The notes under the pieces: model-generated
The model's input: only the letters and a program-made list of their open reading frames with translations
What the model was told of the DNA's origin: nothing
Databases searched by the model: none
Program-made: the position numbers and the translations under genes
Shown here: positions 17,218 to 25,810 of the stretch, piece after piece
Numbering within the stretch: the stretch's first letter is position 1
How the letters are laid out: each line of letters begins with the position of its first letter
Virus record (IMG/VR): IMGVR_UViG_3300023223_001032
Location: 1-28,117 of that record
DNA length: 28,117 bases
DNA from: a virus
Lineage: Duplodnaviria > Caudoviricetes
Direction: 5' to 3' (one strand)

Positions 17218-17460
17218 ATGAGCCTTAAAATAACACATGCGGCGATGGGATGGGATGGATCTATAGTTTGTGGTTATTCTGATAATAAAATCCACACATG
17301 GAAGACAGATAGATTGTTTAATCGTGAATATTATAAAAATCATAGCGATAAATACGAATGGCCAATAGATCCTAAATCAGGTGAGAAACTACCAATACGT
17401 CTTCCAGAATCAAAAAAGAAGCAATATTGGAGAAACTTATTTCTTATTTCGTGTAATTAA
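17218..17460 (+). CDS. Hypothetical protein
   Basis: AAGGAG RBS; the stop lies inside the second 20-bp repeat. Confidence 0.65.
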   Translation: MSLKITHAAMGWDGSIVCGYSDNKIHTWKTDRLFNREYYKNHSDKYEWPIDPKSGEKLPIRLPESKKKQYWRNLFLISCN

Positions 17461-17506
17461 CTTAGGCGTGGTATAAAATAGATCAGAAAATAAGGAGATA
17501 ATAATA

Positions 17507-17968
17507 ATGTATGATTCGAAAGCAGACACGTTGCTACACATAAAAAGGGTTTCACAGCTACTAACTGGGGCATCTAAGATTTTAATTGACCGAGCAAGCG
17601 TTCATGATGACTCTAAGCTGGAATCGCCAGAAAAAGAGTTATTTGATGAATTCACGCCTAAGCTAAAAAAATGCACGTATGGAAGCGATGAATATTCGGG
17701 CTTTTTAAAGGAACTATCGGTTGGTTTGAGTCACCACTATGAAAAAAACTCACATCACCCAGAACACTATGAAAATGGTGTCAATGGAATGGACTTTTTT
17801 GACTTAATTGAAATGTTTTTTGATTGGAAGGCCGCCGGAGAGAGACATGATGACGGATGCATATTTAAATCAATAGAGCACAATAAAAAAAGATTCAAAC
17901 TATCTGATCAATTGGTAGATATATTCACAAACACGGCAAGAAAAATGGGGTATCCCAGCAATGGGTAA
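17507..17968 (+). CDS. HD-domain-like protein (DUF5662-like)
   Basis: H..RV...HDDSKL...HHY..N.HHPEHY...DLIEMFFDWKAA. Confidence 0.8.
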   Translation: MYDSKADTLLHIKRVSQLLTGASKILIDRASVHDDSKLESPEKELFDEFTPKLKKCTYGSDEYSGFLKELSVGLSHHYEKNSHHPEHYENGVNGMDFFDLIEMFFDWKAAGERHDDGCIFKSIEHNKKRFKLSDQLVDIFTNTARKMGYPSNG

Positions 17969-18200
17969 AAAAATAAATATGGAAGATTTTGGATTTTCAA
18001 ACGTCGGAGATCTTACTCAATTAACTAAGGATTTAGAGAATGTGTTCAAAAAACACTTTCCTGACAAAAAACATGCGTTTGGATTAGCGTTCACACTTTT
18101 TCCGAATTTTGAGGTTCATTGGGCAACTAATGTTCCTCGGGATATTGGCATTCAAATTTTTGAAGAAGTTGCTGAAAAGATGAAGGTTGGGATTAACTGA
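17961..18200 (+). CDS. Hypothetical protein
   Basis: 8-nt overlap with the upstream gene; 79 aa. Confidence 0.65.
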   Translation: MGKKINMEDFGFSNVGDLTQLTKDLENVFKKHFPDKKHAFGLAFTLFPNFEVHWATNVPRDIGIQIFEEVAEKMKVGIN

Positions 18201-18287
18201 TTCCTTATTTCGTGTAATTAACTATACAGGATCCATTAATTAGCACCCTGTTGTTTTTATTCATTATTACGCTATACTAGAATCAGC

Positions 18288-19769
18288 ATGACAAACATTC
18301 GGCAAGGGATTGTAAATCAAATCGAGGTTTTTGATGTTAGCACTAAAAAAATGCTAACCTCAGATGAGGGATATACTACATTCCCCGCATTTGCTACCAG
18401 AACGGGCGTTTTAAAGTACAGACAGGCAGATGGAGCTATAATTAAGCAATACCGACCTGAATCCGAGGTTTTTAACGCAGATTCTTTGAGAACATTAGCT
18501 AATAAGCCAATTACGAATAGTCACCCAAGCAGACTAATTGATGCAAAAAACACAAGGGATCATATGGTTGGTGCAACCGGCTCAGAGATTGTTAGGGATG
18601 GCGGTAAAGTAGGCGTTACATTGACTCTCATGGACCAAAACACTATTGACGATGTTTTAAAAAGAGGAAAAGTCGAGCTATCTTGTGGTTATCGATGTGA
18701 ACATGATTTTAGCCCTGGTGTTTTCGATGGCGAACCATATGATTTGATACAACGCAACATAACATATAATCACTTAGCAGTTGTCGCTAAAGGTAGGGCT
18801 GGTTCAAATATTAAAATACACACAGACGGTGCCGATTTTGAGATAAATTTAGATTCTGAGGATGGTGTCGTAATTCATACCGATGTATTATCAAACAACG
18901 ATATCAAAAGACAACTCGAGTCAATTTTGGGTAAAAAAACAGGCAAAGAATTTATTTTTGTTGTCGATATAATAGGCAATCAGGTAATATATCAGGGAGA
19001 TAAAGGAAAAATGTTTAGTCGAACCTTTAATCAAGACGGAGATAAACTCTCAATCAATGAAGACGAAGTCGAAGTAGTCAAGGTGACCAGTTTTAAAAAA
19101 ATGGATCAAGTTGATTTAAAAATAGAAAAGGTCGATAATAAGCATGACCCAGAAGAAGACAAAAAAAGACGCAAAAAATTAAAGGAGGCAGAGAAAATGA
19201 AAAGAATTGCCATTGATGGTGTAGAACAGGAAGTGTCTGATGAGTTCAAAGAAGCTTTTGACTCAGCACAAAACAAAAAGAAAACAGATGAAAAAAAAGA
19301 TGCCGAAATCTCGAAGCTACAAGCTGAAAGAGATGCTTTGCAGTCAAAACTTGACTCTCAAGATGAGACTGGCAAGAAAACTCAACTTGATTCAGAGATC
19401 AACGAAAAAGTAAACGCTAGGGTAAAGCTTTACCAAGTAGCTAAAGATCATTGTGAAGATGAGGTGGTTTCTAAGATTGATTCCTTAAGTGATATAGAAA
19501 TCAAAAAAGAAGTCATCAAAACGACAATGAAAGATTCTGAAATCAACCTTGACGATAAAGATGAGCACTACATTTCAGCTCGATTTGATATGGTTATGGA
19601 AGACGCGCCTGCCAAATCTCAAGAAAAACAAGACAAGGCACTTGGAGAAAAGATTTTAGAAACTAAAAAAGATTCATCACATCAACCAAAATCTGATCCT
19701 CAAATGAATGCTTATAAAAAACCTTTAACACTTCATAAGACCGGATCATTAAGTAAGGAGGCTGCATAA
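18288..19769 (+). CDS. Prohead protease/scaffold protein (DUF2213-like)
   Basis: RTGVL.Y...YRP..EVF..DSL......P.T..HP, ELSCGY, Q.NI.YNHLAVV.KGRAG; charged coiled-coil C-terminus; upstream of capsid. Confidence 0.9.
   Translation: MTNIRQGIVNQIEVFDVSTKKMLTSDEGYTTFPAFATRTGVLKYRQADGAIIKQYRPESEVFNADSLRTLANKPITNSHPSRLIDAKNTRDHMVGATGSEIVRDGGKVGVTLTLMDQNTIDDVLKRGKVELSCGYRCEHDFSPGVFDGEPYDLIQRNITYNHLAVVAKGRAGSNIKIHTDGADFEINLDSEDGVVIHTDVLSNNDIKRQLESILGKKTGKEFIFVVDIIGNQVIYQGDKGKMFSRTFNQDGDKLSINEDEVEVVKVTSFKKMDQVDLKIEKVDNKHDPEEDKKRRKKLKEAEKMKRIAIDGVEQEVSDEFKEAFDSAQNKKKTDEKKDAEISKLQAERDALQSKLDSQDETGKKTQLDSEINEKVNARVKLYQVAKDHCEDEVVSKIDSLSDIEIKKEVIKTTMKDSEINLDDKDEHYISARFDMVMEDAPAKSQEKQDKALGEKILETKKDSSHQPKSDPQMNAYKKPLTLHKTGSLSKEAA
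19197..19769 (+). CDS. Nested in-frame scaffold protein (internal start)
   Basis: AAGGAGG at 19182-19188, 8 nt before an in-frame ATG that begins the coiled-coil region. Confidence 0.55.
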   Translation: MKRIAIDGVEQEVSDEFKEAFDSAQNKKKTDEKKDAEISKLQAERDALQSKLDSQDETGKKTQLDSEINEKVNARVKLYQVAKDHCEDEVVSKIDSLSDIEIKKEVIKTTMKDSEINLDDKDEHYISARFDMVMEDAPAKSQEKQDKALGEKILETKKDSSHQPKSDPQMNAYKKPLTLHKTGSLSKEAA

Positions 19770-19770
19770 A

Positions 19771-20559
19771 ATGTCACAAACAGAAGTAACAATTGACCAA
19801 AGAGTAGCGATAGCCGGACAGGCTGCTGATACTGGGCCAAGAGATGTTAATACTTTTTTGGCTACTGAGAAATTGCCGTTTGGGCAATTGATTTCAAGGG
19901 TATCTGGATCTGATGATAAAGGTAAACGGCCTGCAAGCGCGACCGATATCACTAATGTTAAGAACGTGGCGGGAACATCATTTAGAAGTCTAGCTCGTGT
20001 GTCAGTTAAAGATTCGCTACCAGCTGGATTTAACAAAGAGGAAGCCGCAGATATAATGCGAGAAGGCCGAACTTTTGTTCAGGTTGAAGATCCGGTAACA
20101 CCAGACTCAGATGTTTTTGTCCGATTCACTGCTAAGCCACAAATTCAAGAGATTGTATTTGATGCTCCTTTAGTAACTGGAAACTTGATTGACGGTGAAA
20201 TCAACGGAGAGGCGATTACACAGGTACCGTTTAATACCAATAATGATACAACCGTTGATGATTTAGCTACTGAGATACAATCAAATGTCAATGTTGAAAC
20301 CGCAGTTAGAAGCGGCACGGACACAGTTGTAGTCACTTCGGTTCAAGATGTGGTAGTGACATTAACAAACTATGTTGTAACAGGCGGTGCTTCACAAGCA
20401 GTGGCCACAGTTTCAGAAACGCAACAAGAACGAGCACAAGTCTCTAGGGGATCATTCCGAAGCGACAGTGATTCAGGAACAGCAGCACAGTTGAGCGAAG
20501 CAAAATGGCGAACAACAGCAGCAGCAGACGAACTTGCAGTTGTTGAAATTGACGTATAG
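19771..20559 (+). CDS. Capsid decoration/cement protein with an inserted ~94-aa beta domain
   Basis: Between scaffold and major capsid; A..GQ.AD, LPFG, IMREGR..V...V......VFVRF motifs; insert similar to a sheath domain. Confidence 0.75.
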   Translation: MSQTEVTIDQRVAIAGQAADTGPRDVNTFLATEKLPFGQLISRVSGSDDKGKRPASATDITNVKNVAGTSFRSLARVSVKDSLPAGFNKEEAADIMREGRTFVQVEDPVTPDSDVFVRFTAKPQIQEIVFDAPLVTGNLIDGEINGEAITQVPFNTNNDTTVDDLATEIQSNVNVETAVRSGTDTVVVTSVQDVVVTLTNYVVTGGASQAVATVSETQQERAQVSRGSFRSDSDSGTAAQLSEAKWRTTAAADELAVVEIDV

Positions 20560-20564
20560 GAGGT

Positions 20565-21497
20565 ATGAGTATGAACACACATATTTTAGACGCTAATGAA
20601 TCAATATTTTTCGAACGTGAACTTGAAAATATCAAGTCACAATCAAGAGATATATTATTTCCAAACCTTAAGATAGCTGAAGGGCTTATCATTCCGATTA
20701 GTCGTGAAGCTACTGATGCCGATAACACAATAACTTATCGGCAGTTTGACCAAGCTGGAATTGCTAAAGTTGTTGCAAACTATGCTGATGATTTTCCAAG
20801 TGCGGAAATTTCAGCAAAAGAGTTTACTTCAGTTATCCAAAGCTTAGGCGCCTCTTTTAATTATAATGTGCAAGAAATCCGAGCTGCAAGACAGGTTGGA
20901 CGTCCCCTACAGCAACGAAAAGCTGATGCGGCACGTCGGGCAATCATGCAAAAAATCGAAGTGATCGGGTTTAAAGGTGATGCGGATTCTGGGTTAAAAG
21001 GATTTATTAACAATCCAAACATTCAAGAGTTTACCCTTCCTGCTGATGGAACGGCATCTAGCACTAAGTTGATAGATAAAACACCAGATCAAGTGTTACG
21101 TGATCTTAATGGAATGGCAACTCAAGTATCAAAGGTAACTAAAGGGGTTGAATCCCCAAATATTTTGCTACTTCCTTTAGATGTTTGGAATGATTTGATG
21201 GCTCGACGAATTCCAGATCTAAGCATCACAATTATGCAGTTTTTCTTGCAGCAGTCGCCTCACATTCAACAAGTTGAATGGTTAAACCAGTTAACTGATG
21301 CAAATGAGGCTGCTGATGAAGATGTAATAATGATGTATGATCGAGATCCAATGAAACTGACTCTTGAAATACCGGTCCAATTTGAGCTATTCCCTCCACA
21401 AGAGGTTAATATGGCTTTCAAAGTTAATGCTCATTCTCGAATCGGTGGCGTAATCATCTATTATCCTTTGAGCATCATCAAAGCAGAGGGTGCATAA
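20565..21497 (+). CDS. Major capsid protein (DUF2184-like)
   Basis: FFERELE.I, G.AK..ANYADD.P, Y.VQE.RAA, GD...GL.G..N.P, GGVIIYYP; AGGAGG RBS; position. Confidence 0.9.
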   Translation: MSMNTHILDANESIFFERELENIKSQSRDILFPNLKIAEGLIIPISREATDADNTITYRQFDQAGIAKVVANYADDFPSAEISAKEFTSVIQSLGASFNYNVQEIRAARQVGRPLQQRKADAARRAIMQKIEVIGFKGDADSGLKGFINNPNIQEFTLPADGTASSTKLIDKTPDQVLRDLNGMATQVSKVTKGVESPNILLLPLDVWNDLMARRIPDLSITIMQFFLQQSPHIQQVEWLNQLTDANEAADEDVIMMYDRDPMKLTLEIPVQFELFPPQEVNMAFKVNAHSRIGGVIIYYPLSIIKAEGA

Positions 21498-21937
21498 TGC
21501 CAATAGTTGTAAAGAATAATAAACCGGCATATCATTCGATTTGTTTGGTAATGCAGATGGCAACTGAGGAGTCGCCATCTAAAATCGAGATGCTTTGCCT
21601 TGATCCTGGAAGTAATGTTATTCAAGACAAACAGTATGCTGTTTTAGAAAAAACACCTGCTTTTATAGAAAAGAGAGCCAGAGGAATTTACACTGTGGTT
21701 GAGAAAGATGTAAAAGATTCTGACAAATCAAATGTAAAAGATTCCGACATCACTAATCTTGATAGTCTTAATGGGTATAGTAACGAAAAAGCCATTGAAA
21801 TCGTTAAAGAAACGTATCACTTAGACACTTTGAGAAATTGGGAGTCTGACGAAAATCCCAAAAATAAAAAGCGATCTAAAATCTTAAAAGCAATAAAAGA
21901 GCAAATCGAAAGCCTCACTAAAAAAGAAGAGGAGTAA
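21497..21937 (+). CDS. Hypothetical head-associated protein
   Basis: TAATG coupling to capsid; helical C-terminus (L..W...E...KR..I.KAI..Q). Confidence 0.7.
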   Translation: MPIVVKNNKPAYHSICLVMQMATEESPSKIEMLCLDPGSNVIQDKQYAVLEKTPAFIEKRARGIYTVVEKDVKDSDKSNVKDSDITNLDSLNGYSNEKAIEIVKETYHLDTLRNWESDENPKNKKRSKILKAIKEQIESLTKKEEE

Positions 21938-22278
21938 TGTCCTTTTCGTTTGCTGATTTTAAAGCCCGATTCCCAGAGCTAAGCTCTGTTGATGAGGGCT
22001 TTTTTAATGTAGCAAAATCTTCAGCAGCTTTAAGTGTGAATCAGGATATATGGCTAGCGAGATTTGATGAAGGTGTTAAATTGATGACCGCTCATATTAT
22101 TTCTTTGTCATCAAGAAATGGAGTTAGTGGATCGGTCATTGAATCCGAAGTTGATGATTTGCGTAGGCGTTTCTCTGATATGGCAAAAGACCTAGGCCCA
22201 TTGGGTGCGACATCATATGGGGCGGAATTTAGCCGAATGATGAACTGTACTGTACCAACCCCTATATTTTTCTGCTAA
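21937..22278 (+). CDS. Head-tail adaptor (DUF4054-like)
   Basis: F...FKARFPE, L..AH, T.YG.EF motifs; position. Confidence 0.85.
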   Translation: MSFSFADFKARFPELSSVDEGFFNVAKSSAALSVNQDIWLARFDEGVKLMTAHIISLSSRNGVSGSVIESEVDDLRRRFSDMAKDLGPLGATSYGAEFSRMMNCTVPTPIFFC

Positions 22279-22811
22279 TGGCCAGAGTCATTGAAAGAGA
22301 CTTAGGATGGAACGATATTTTAAAACAGTTAAAAATAATGGAGAAAAAACCATTTACTAAAATAGGCTTATTGGCCAGAACATCAAAAAAGCCAAAAACA
22401 TCAACTCAAATAATAGATGGAAAAAAAACAAAGGAGACAAACCCACAAACTACAGTTTTAGATGTAGGGCTTGCAAATGAATTTGGAACTGAAAAAATAC
22501 CGGAAAGATCGTTTGTTAGGTCGACACATGACCAAAATTCGGGTCATTGGATGGGTATAATAGATGCGGCTATAATCCGTATTTATCTTGGCAGAGAAAC
22601 AGTAAAACGAGCCTTAAATATTGTCGGTTTAAAGGCAACCTCCGACATGAAGTTGAAAATAAAAAATGGGGACCCAAAATGGCCACCAAACGCAGATGAA
22701 ACGATTAAACGCAAGGGTAGCTCCAAACCATTAATAGATACAGCTCAAATGCTCAATTCTATAGCGCATACTGTAGTAATTAAGGGAAAAGATGACATCG
22801 CTAATCAATGA
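22278..22811 (+). CDS. Neck/tail completion (virion morphogenesis) protein
   Basis: NEFGT..IPERSF.R and PPNA..TI.RKGSSKPLIDT. Confidence 0.85.
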   Translation: MARVIERDLGWNDILKQLKIMEKKPFTKIGLLARTSKKPKTSTQIIDGKKTKETNPQTTVLDVGLANEFGTEKIPERSFVRSTHDQNSGHWMGIIDAAIIRIYLGRETVKRALNIVGLKATSDMKLKIKNGDPKWPPNADETIKRKGSSKPLIDTAQMLNSIAHTVVIKGKDDIANQ

Positions 22812-23178
22812 ATTTAAAACAGATACGGTTAATGTGCTTAGGAATTCCGGCTCTGGGGGGTATAGCGATACTAATGGTATGTATATTGAAGGGAAAAAGG
22901 AAAGCCTCAAATTTGATGTTGTGGTTAGACCGGCATCGGGAAAGGATTTACTTAGACTACCAGAGGGTCAAAGAACTAAAGAGGTGATTCGGATATATTC
23001 AAAAGAAAGGCTTTTCACAGCTCAGGATTCATTATCTAAGGTTGCTGATTGTGTAGAGTACCGTGGATGCACTTATCAAGTTGATAATGTGAGTGATAAC
23101 ACTTCCACCGATCTTAATCATTTCAAATCTCTGGCAACCAAGGTCGAAGACGATGCAAAGGATAGGATATTGAAATGA
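22792..23178 (+). CDS. Head closure / head-tail joining protein
   Basis: V.P.SG.DL..LPEGQR......IY...D...Y.G..Y.V pattern; position. Confidence 0.75.
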   Translation: MTSLINEFKTDTVNVLRNSGSGGYSDTNGMYIEGKKESLKFDVVVRPASGKDLLRLPEGQRTKEVIRIYSKERLFTAQDSLSKVADCVEYRGCTYQVDNVSDNTSTDLNHFKSLATKVEDDAKDRILK

Positions 23179-23726
23179 TAGATTTTGATAATGTTAAAAA
23201 AACATTTATTGGATGGGCAATTTTAAACTCAGGAATAACCGAAACAGGAAGACATTATTGGAAAAACCAAAGTTCACCTGCACCACCAGACTCACCAAAA
23301 GTTGCATTAAGCATCCTTACCGGCCCTATACAGATTGGAAATAACGACCCACTGTTGTATGATAAAAGTACGGATACATTTAATGTATCAGGAGTAAGAA
23401 ATCTAGTTATCGAGGTCAATGTTTATGGATCAGACGCACTCAAAATCGCAAGTAACCTTAGTATATCCATCCAAAGACCAGACGTGCAGCAATTTTTCAG
23501 AGCGCAAAATATCTCTGTCGGGGCAAGCCAACCCAATGTTATCAACATTTCTGAACTCCTTGATACAATATTTGAAGAGAGACGAATGTTTGAACTAAAT
23601 GTTATGGTAGCCTATATTAATGAAACAAATCTAGGCGAAAGCATAGGTTCGATTGATAAAGTAATTGCAGAAGGTGTTGGCGAGATGAAACAAGGCAAAG
23701 ACAATAAAATAATAATTGGAGGCTAA
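23175..23726 (+). CDS. Neck / tail terminator protein
   Basis: Immediately before the sheath; Q..PAP, V..YG, EER..F motifs. Confidence 0.7.
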   Translation: MIDFDNVKKTFIGWAILNSGITETGRHYWKNQSSPAPPDSPKVALSILTGPIQIGNNDPLLYDKSTDTFNVSGVRNLVIEVNVYGSDALKIASNLSISIQRPDVQQFFRAQNISVGASQPNVINISELLDTIFEERRMFELNVMVAYINETNLGESIGSIDKVIAEGVGEMKQGKDNKIIIGG

Positions 23727-23729
23727 AAA

Positions 23730-25331
23730 ATGACAATAAGCGAAATCGTACAAGTAAATATTTCAAGAGAAACTCAAGCAGTAACTCAAAGAGGTTTCGG
23801 CATTCCTTTAATTGCTGGAAATCATACTAAATGGGATGGTATTAAGCAGGTTCACACCATTGTTTTTGATGCGCCATTAATCACGGGTAACCTTATCGAT
23901 GGTAAAGTTGATGGGGTTTCAATTACACAGGTTCCTTTCAATACAAGTAATACACAAACTCTTGCGGATTTAGCAACTGAATTGCAGTCTAAAACCAATA
24001 TTTTAACGGCTGTATCTGACGGAACTGACACAATTACGGTTACAACGGTTGCTTATGTTGAAATCGCCTTAACTGAATTCGTTGTTACTGCCGGTGCCAC
24101 TCAAGCTGGAGTTGTTGTCACTGAAACAGTAGAACAATTAGACGAGATCAGAACATACGTGAATATTGAGGCTGTTGAAGTTGACTTCTCAACAAGTGAT
24201 GCTGAATTTAAGAAAGCGTCTGCTTTATTCTCGCAAGAGATTAAACCTGAGAAAATTAAAATCGCTCGAAGACGAACCCCAGTTGCTCAAAAAGTTAATG
24301 TAACCGTTCCAACGGTAACCGATGACACTGATTATACTGTCACCTTAAATGGAGTTGAGTTTACATTCAATTCTGGAAGTTCAGCCACAGCAGGATCGAT
24401 TGTGGATGGCTTAATCGTAGCGATTGGTGGTGGATCTGAACCAGTCAGCACAGTTGACAATGGCGATAATTTTGATATCACAGCAGATATTCCAGGAGAA
24501 AGCTTTGATATCCAAGTCACAACAAACTTAGCATTCACAACAACAACAGCTAATCAAGGTATGGGTAGTGATGTTGCTAAGGCTGAGGAAACTGATAACG
24601 ATTGGTATTTCTGGATTATCACTACAACCCTTGAATTAGACATACTCGAAGCTGCCAAAGCAATTGAAACAAGGTTGAAAACATTCGCATTCGAAACAAA
24701 TGACAATGATGTTCGTAATAACGTACCAAATAATGTAGCTGCCAAATTAAAAGCCAAAAATTTTGATCGAACATTCGGTATATTCTTGAAGGATGCGGCA
24801 AGTGAGCCAGAAGCTGCATGGGTTGGCGGTCAGGCACCAAAAGATCCCGGTTCCATAACATGGGCGTTTAAACAGCTAATTGGGGTCACAATCGATTTAC
24901 TTACTGGTACGGATATAACAAATTTAGAAATTAATAATATCAATCATTACACCGAAAGAGGTGGAGTTGGCATTACACGACAAGGCGAAGTTATTAGTGG
25001 GGAGTTTATCGACATTATACGCGGAACTGACTTTATCCAAGCAAGGATAGAGGAGAATGTATTTGGGACGTTAGTCAACGAAGACAAAGTACCCTTTACA
25101 AATGCTGGAATAGACGTAATTAGAGGTCAGATTTTATCAGCACTCCAACTTGGTGTTAGGAGAGGGATCTTAGTAGATACGCCAGAGCGGCCATTAAAGG
25201 TTACGGTTCCCGATATTGTTGAAATTTCAACGGCTGATAAGATAGCCCGTTTGTTGCAAAACGTAACATTTGAAGGGTTTTACGCTGGAGCAATTCACAA
25301 AGTGAAAATTCAAGGCTTTTTAAGCGTTTAG
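23730..25331 (+). CDS. Tail sheath protein (DUF3383-like) with two inserted beta domains
   Basis: IVQVNISR, GFG.PL, FSQ...P, DWY, PGS.TWAFK.L.GV, GEFIDIIRG.D, KVPFTNAGI, AGAIH. Confidence 0.92.
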   Translation: MTISEIVQVNISRETQAVTQRGFGIPLIAGNHTKWDGIKQVHTIVFDAPLITGNLIDGKVDGVSITQVPFNTSNTQTLADLATELQSKTNILTAVSDGTDTITVTTVAYVEIALTEFVVTAGATQAGVVVTETVEQLDEIRTYVNIEAVEVDFSTSDAEFKKASALFSQEIKPEKIKIARRRTPVAQKVNVTVPTVTDDTDYTVTLNGVEFTFNSGSSATAGSIVDGLIVAIGGGSEPVSTVDNGDNFDITADIPGESFDIQVTTNLAFTTTTANQGMGSDVAKAEETDNDWYFWIITTTLELDILEAAKAIETRLKTFAFETNDNDVRNNVPNNVAAKLKAKNFDRTFGIFLKDAASEPEAAWVGGQAPKDPGSITWAFKQLIGVTIDLLTGTDITNLEINNINHYTERGGVGITRQGEVISGEFIDIIRGTDFIQARIEENVFGTLVNEDKVPFTNAGIDVIRGQILSALQLGVRRGILVDTPERPLKVTVPDIVEISTADKIARLLQNVTFEGFYAGAIHKVKIQGFLSV

Positions 25332-25342
25332 GAGGTTAGAAG

Positions 25343-25774
25343 ATGGCAGGCGAATTAAGAACATATTCAGGAGATGAGGTTTCAGTTGTATTGGGTGATA
25401 GAGCTTTATCGGGACTCCTTTCGGTTACACTTAGCCGGGAGGCTGACAGTTTTACTGACTCAGTTGGCATGGACGGCGAGGTTGCAAGAACGAAAACAAG
25501 CGACAGGCGTGGAAATGCTGTTATCGTTTTACAACAAACATCGCCAGACAATGACTTTATATCAAGTTTACTTGCAATTGATGAATCCAATGGCACGGGG
25601 ACATTTAATCTTTTGGTTAGAGATCAAAACGGAACATCTCTTTTCGATTCAGAAACAGCATGGGTAATGAAACCGGCTGATTCGGCTTTTGGGGCTGAAT
25701 CAGCTGAGCGTGAATGGACAATTAGATGTAGCAATCTTGGCATGATTGTTGGTGGAAACGCACCTAACGAATAA
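25343..25774 (+). CDS. Tail tube protein (DUF3277-like)
   Basis: TY....V, VG.DG...R, L.QTS..ND, REWTI; follows the sheath; AGGAGG RBS. Confidence 0.88.
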   Translation: MAGELRTYSGDEVSVVLGDRALSGLLSVTLSREADSFTDSVGMDGEVARTKTSDRRGNAVIVLQQTSPDNDFISSLLAIDESNGTGTFNLLVRDQNGTSLFDSETAWVMKPADSAFGAESAEREWTIRCSNLGMIVGGNAPNE

Positions 25775-25810
25775 AGAAATAAGATGAAACTAGATGAAGC
25801 GAGGTAAATA

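Larger units (their letters stand above)
17182..18223 (+). repeat. Dispersed 20-bp gene-end repeat CTTATTTCGTGTAATTAACT, 3 copies
   Basis: Exact copies at 17182-17201, 17443-17462 and 18204-18223, each at or just after a stop codon. Confidence 0.93.

Noticed and set aside
15347-18223. Repeats as a CRISPR or mini-CRISPR array
   Set aside because: Repeats are 14-20 bp and separated by whole genes (hundreds of bp), not 25-45-bp spacers; no cas genes
20565-21497. Encapsulin/bacteriocin interpretation of the DUF2184-like protein
   Set aside because: It sits in a complete head-tail operon, so it is the major capsid protein
20140-24128. Diversity-generating retroelement TR/VR pair for the duplicated domain
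   Set aside because: Differences are not adenine-specific, both copies are internal coding regions, and there is no reverse transcriptase in the window
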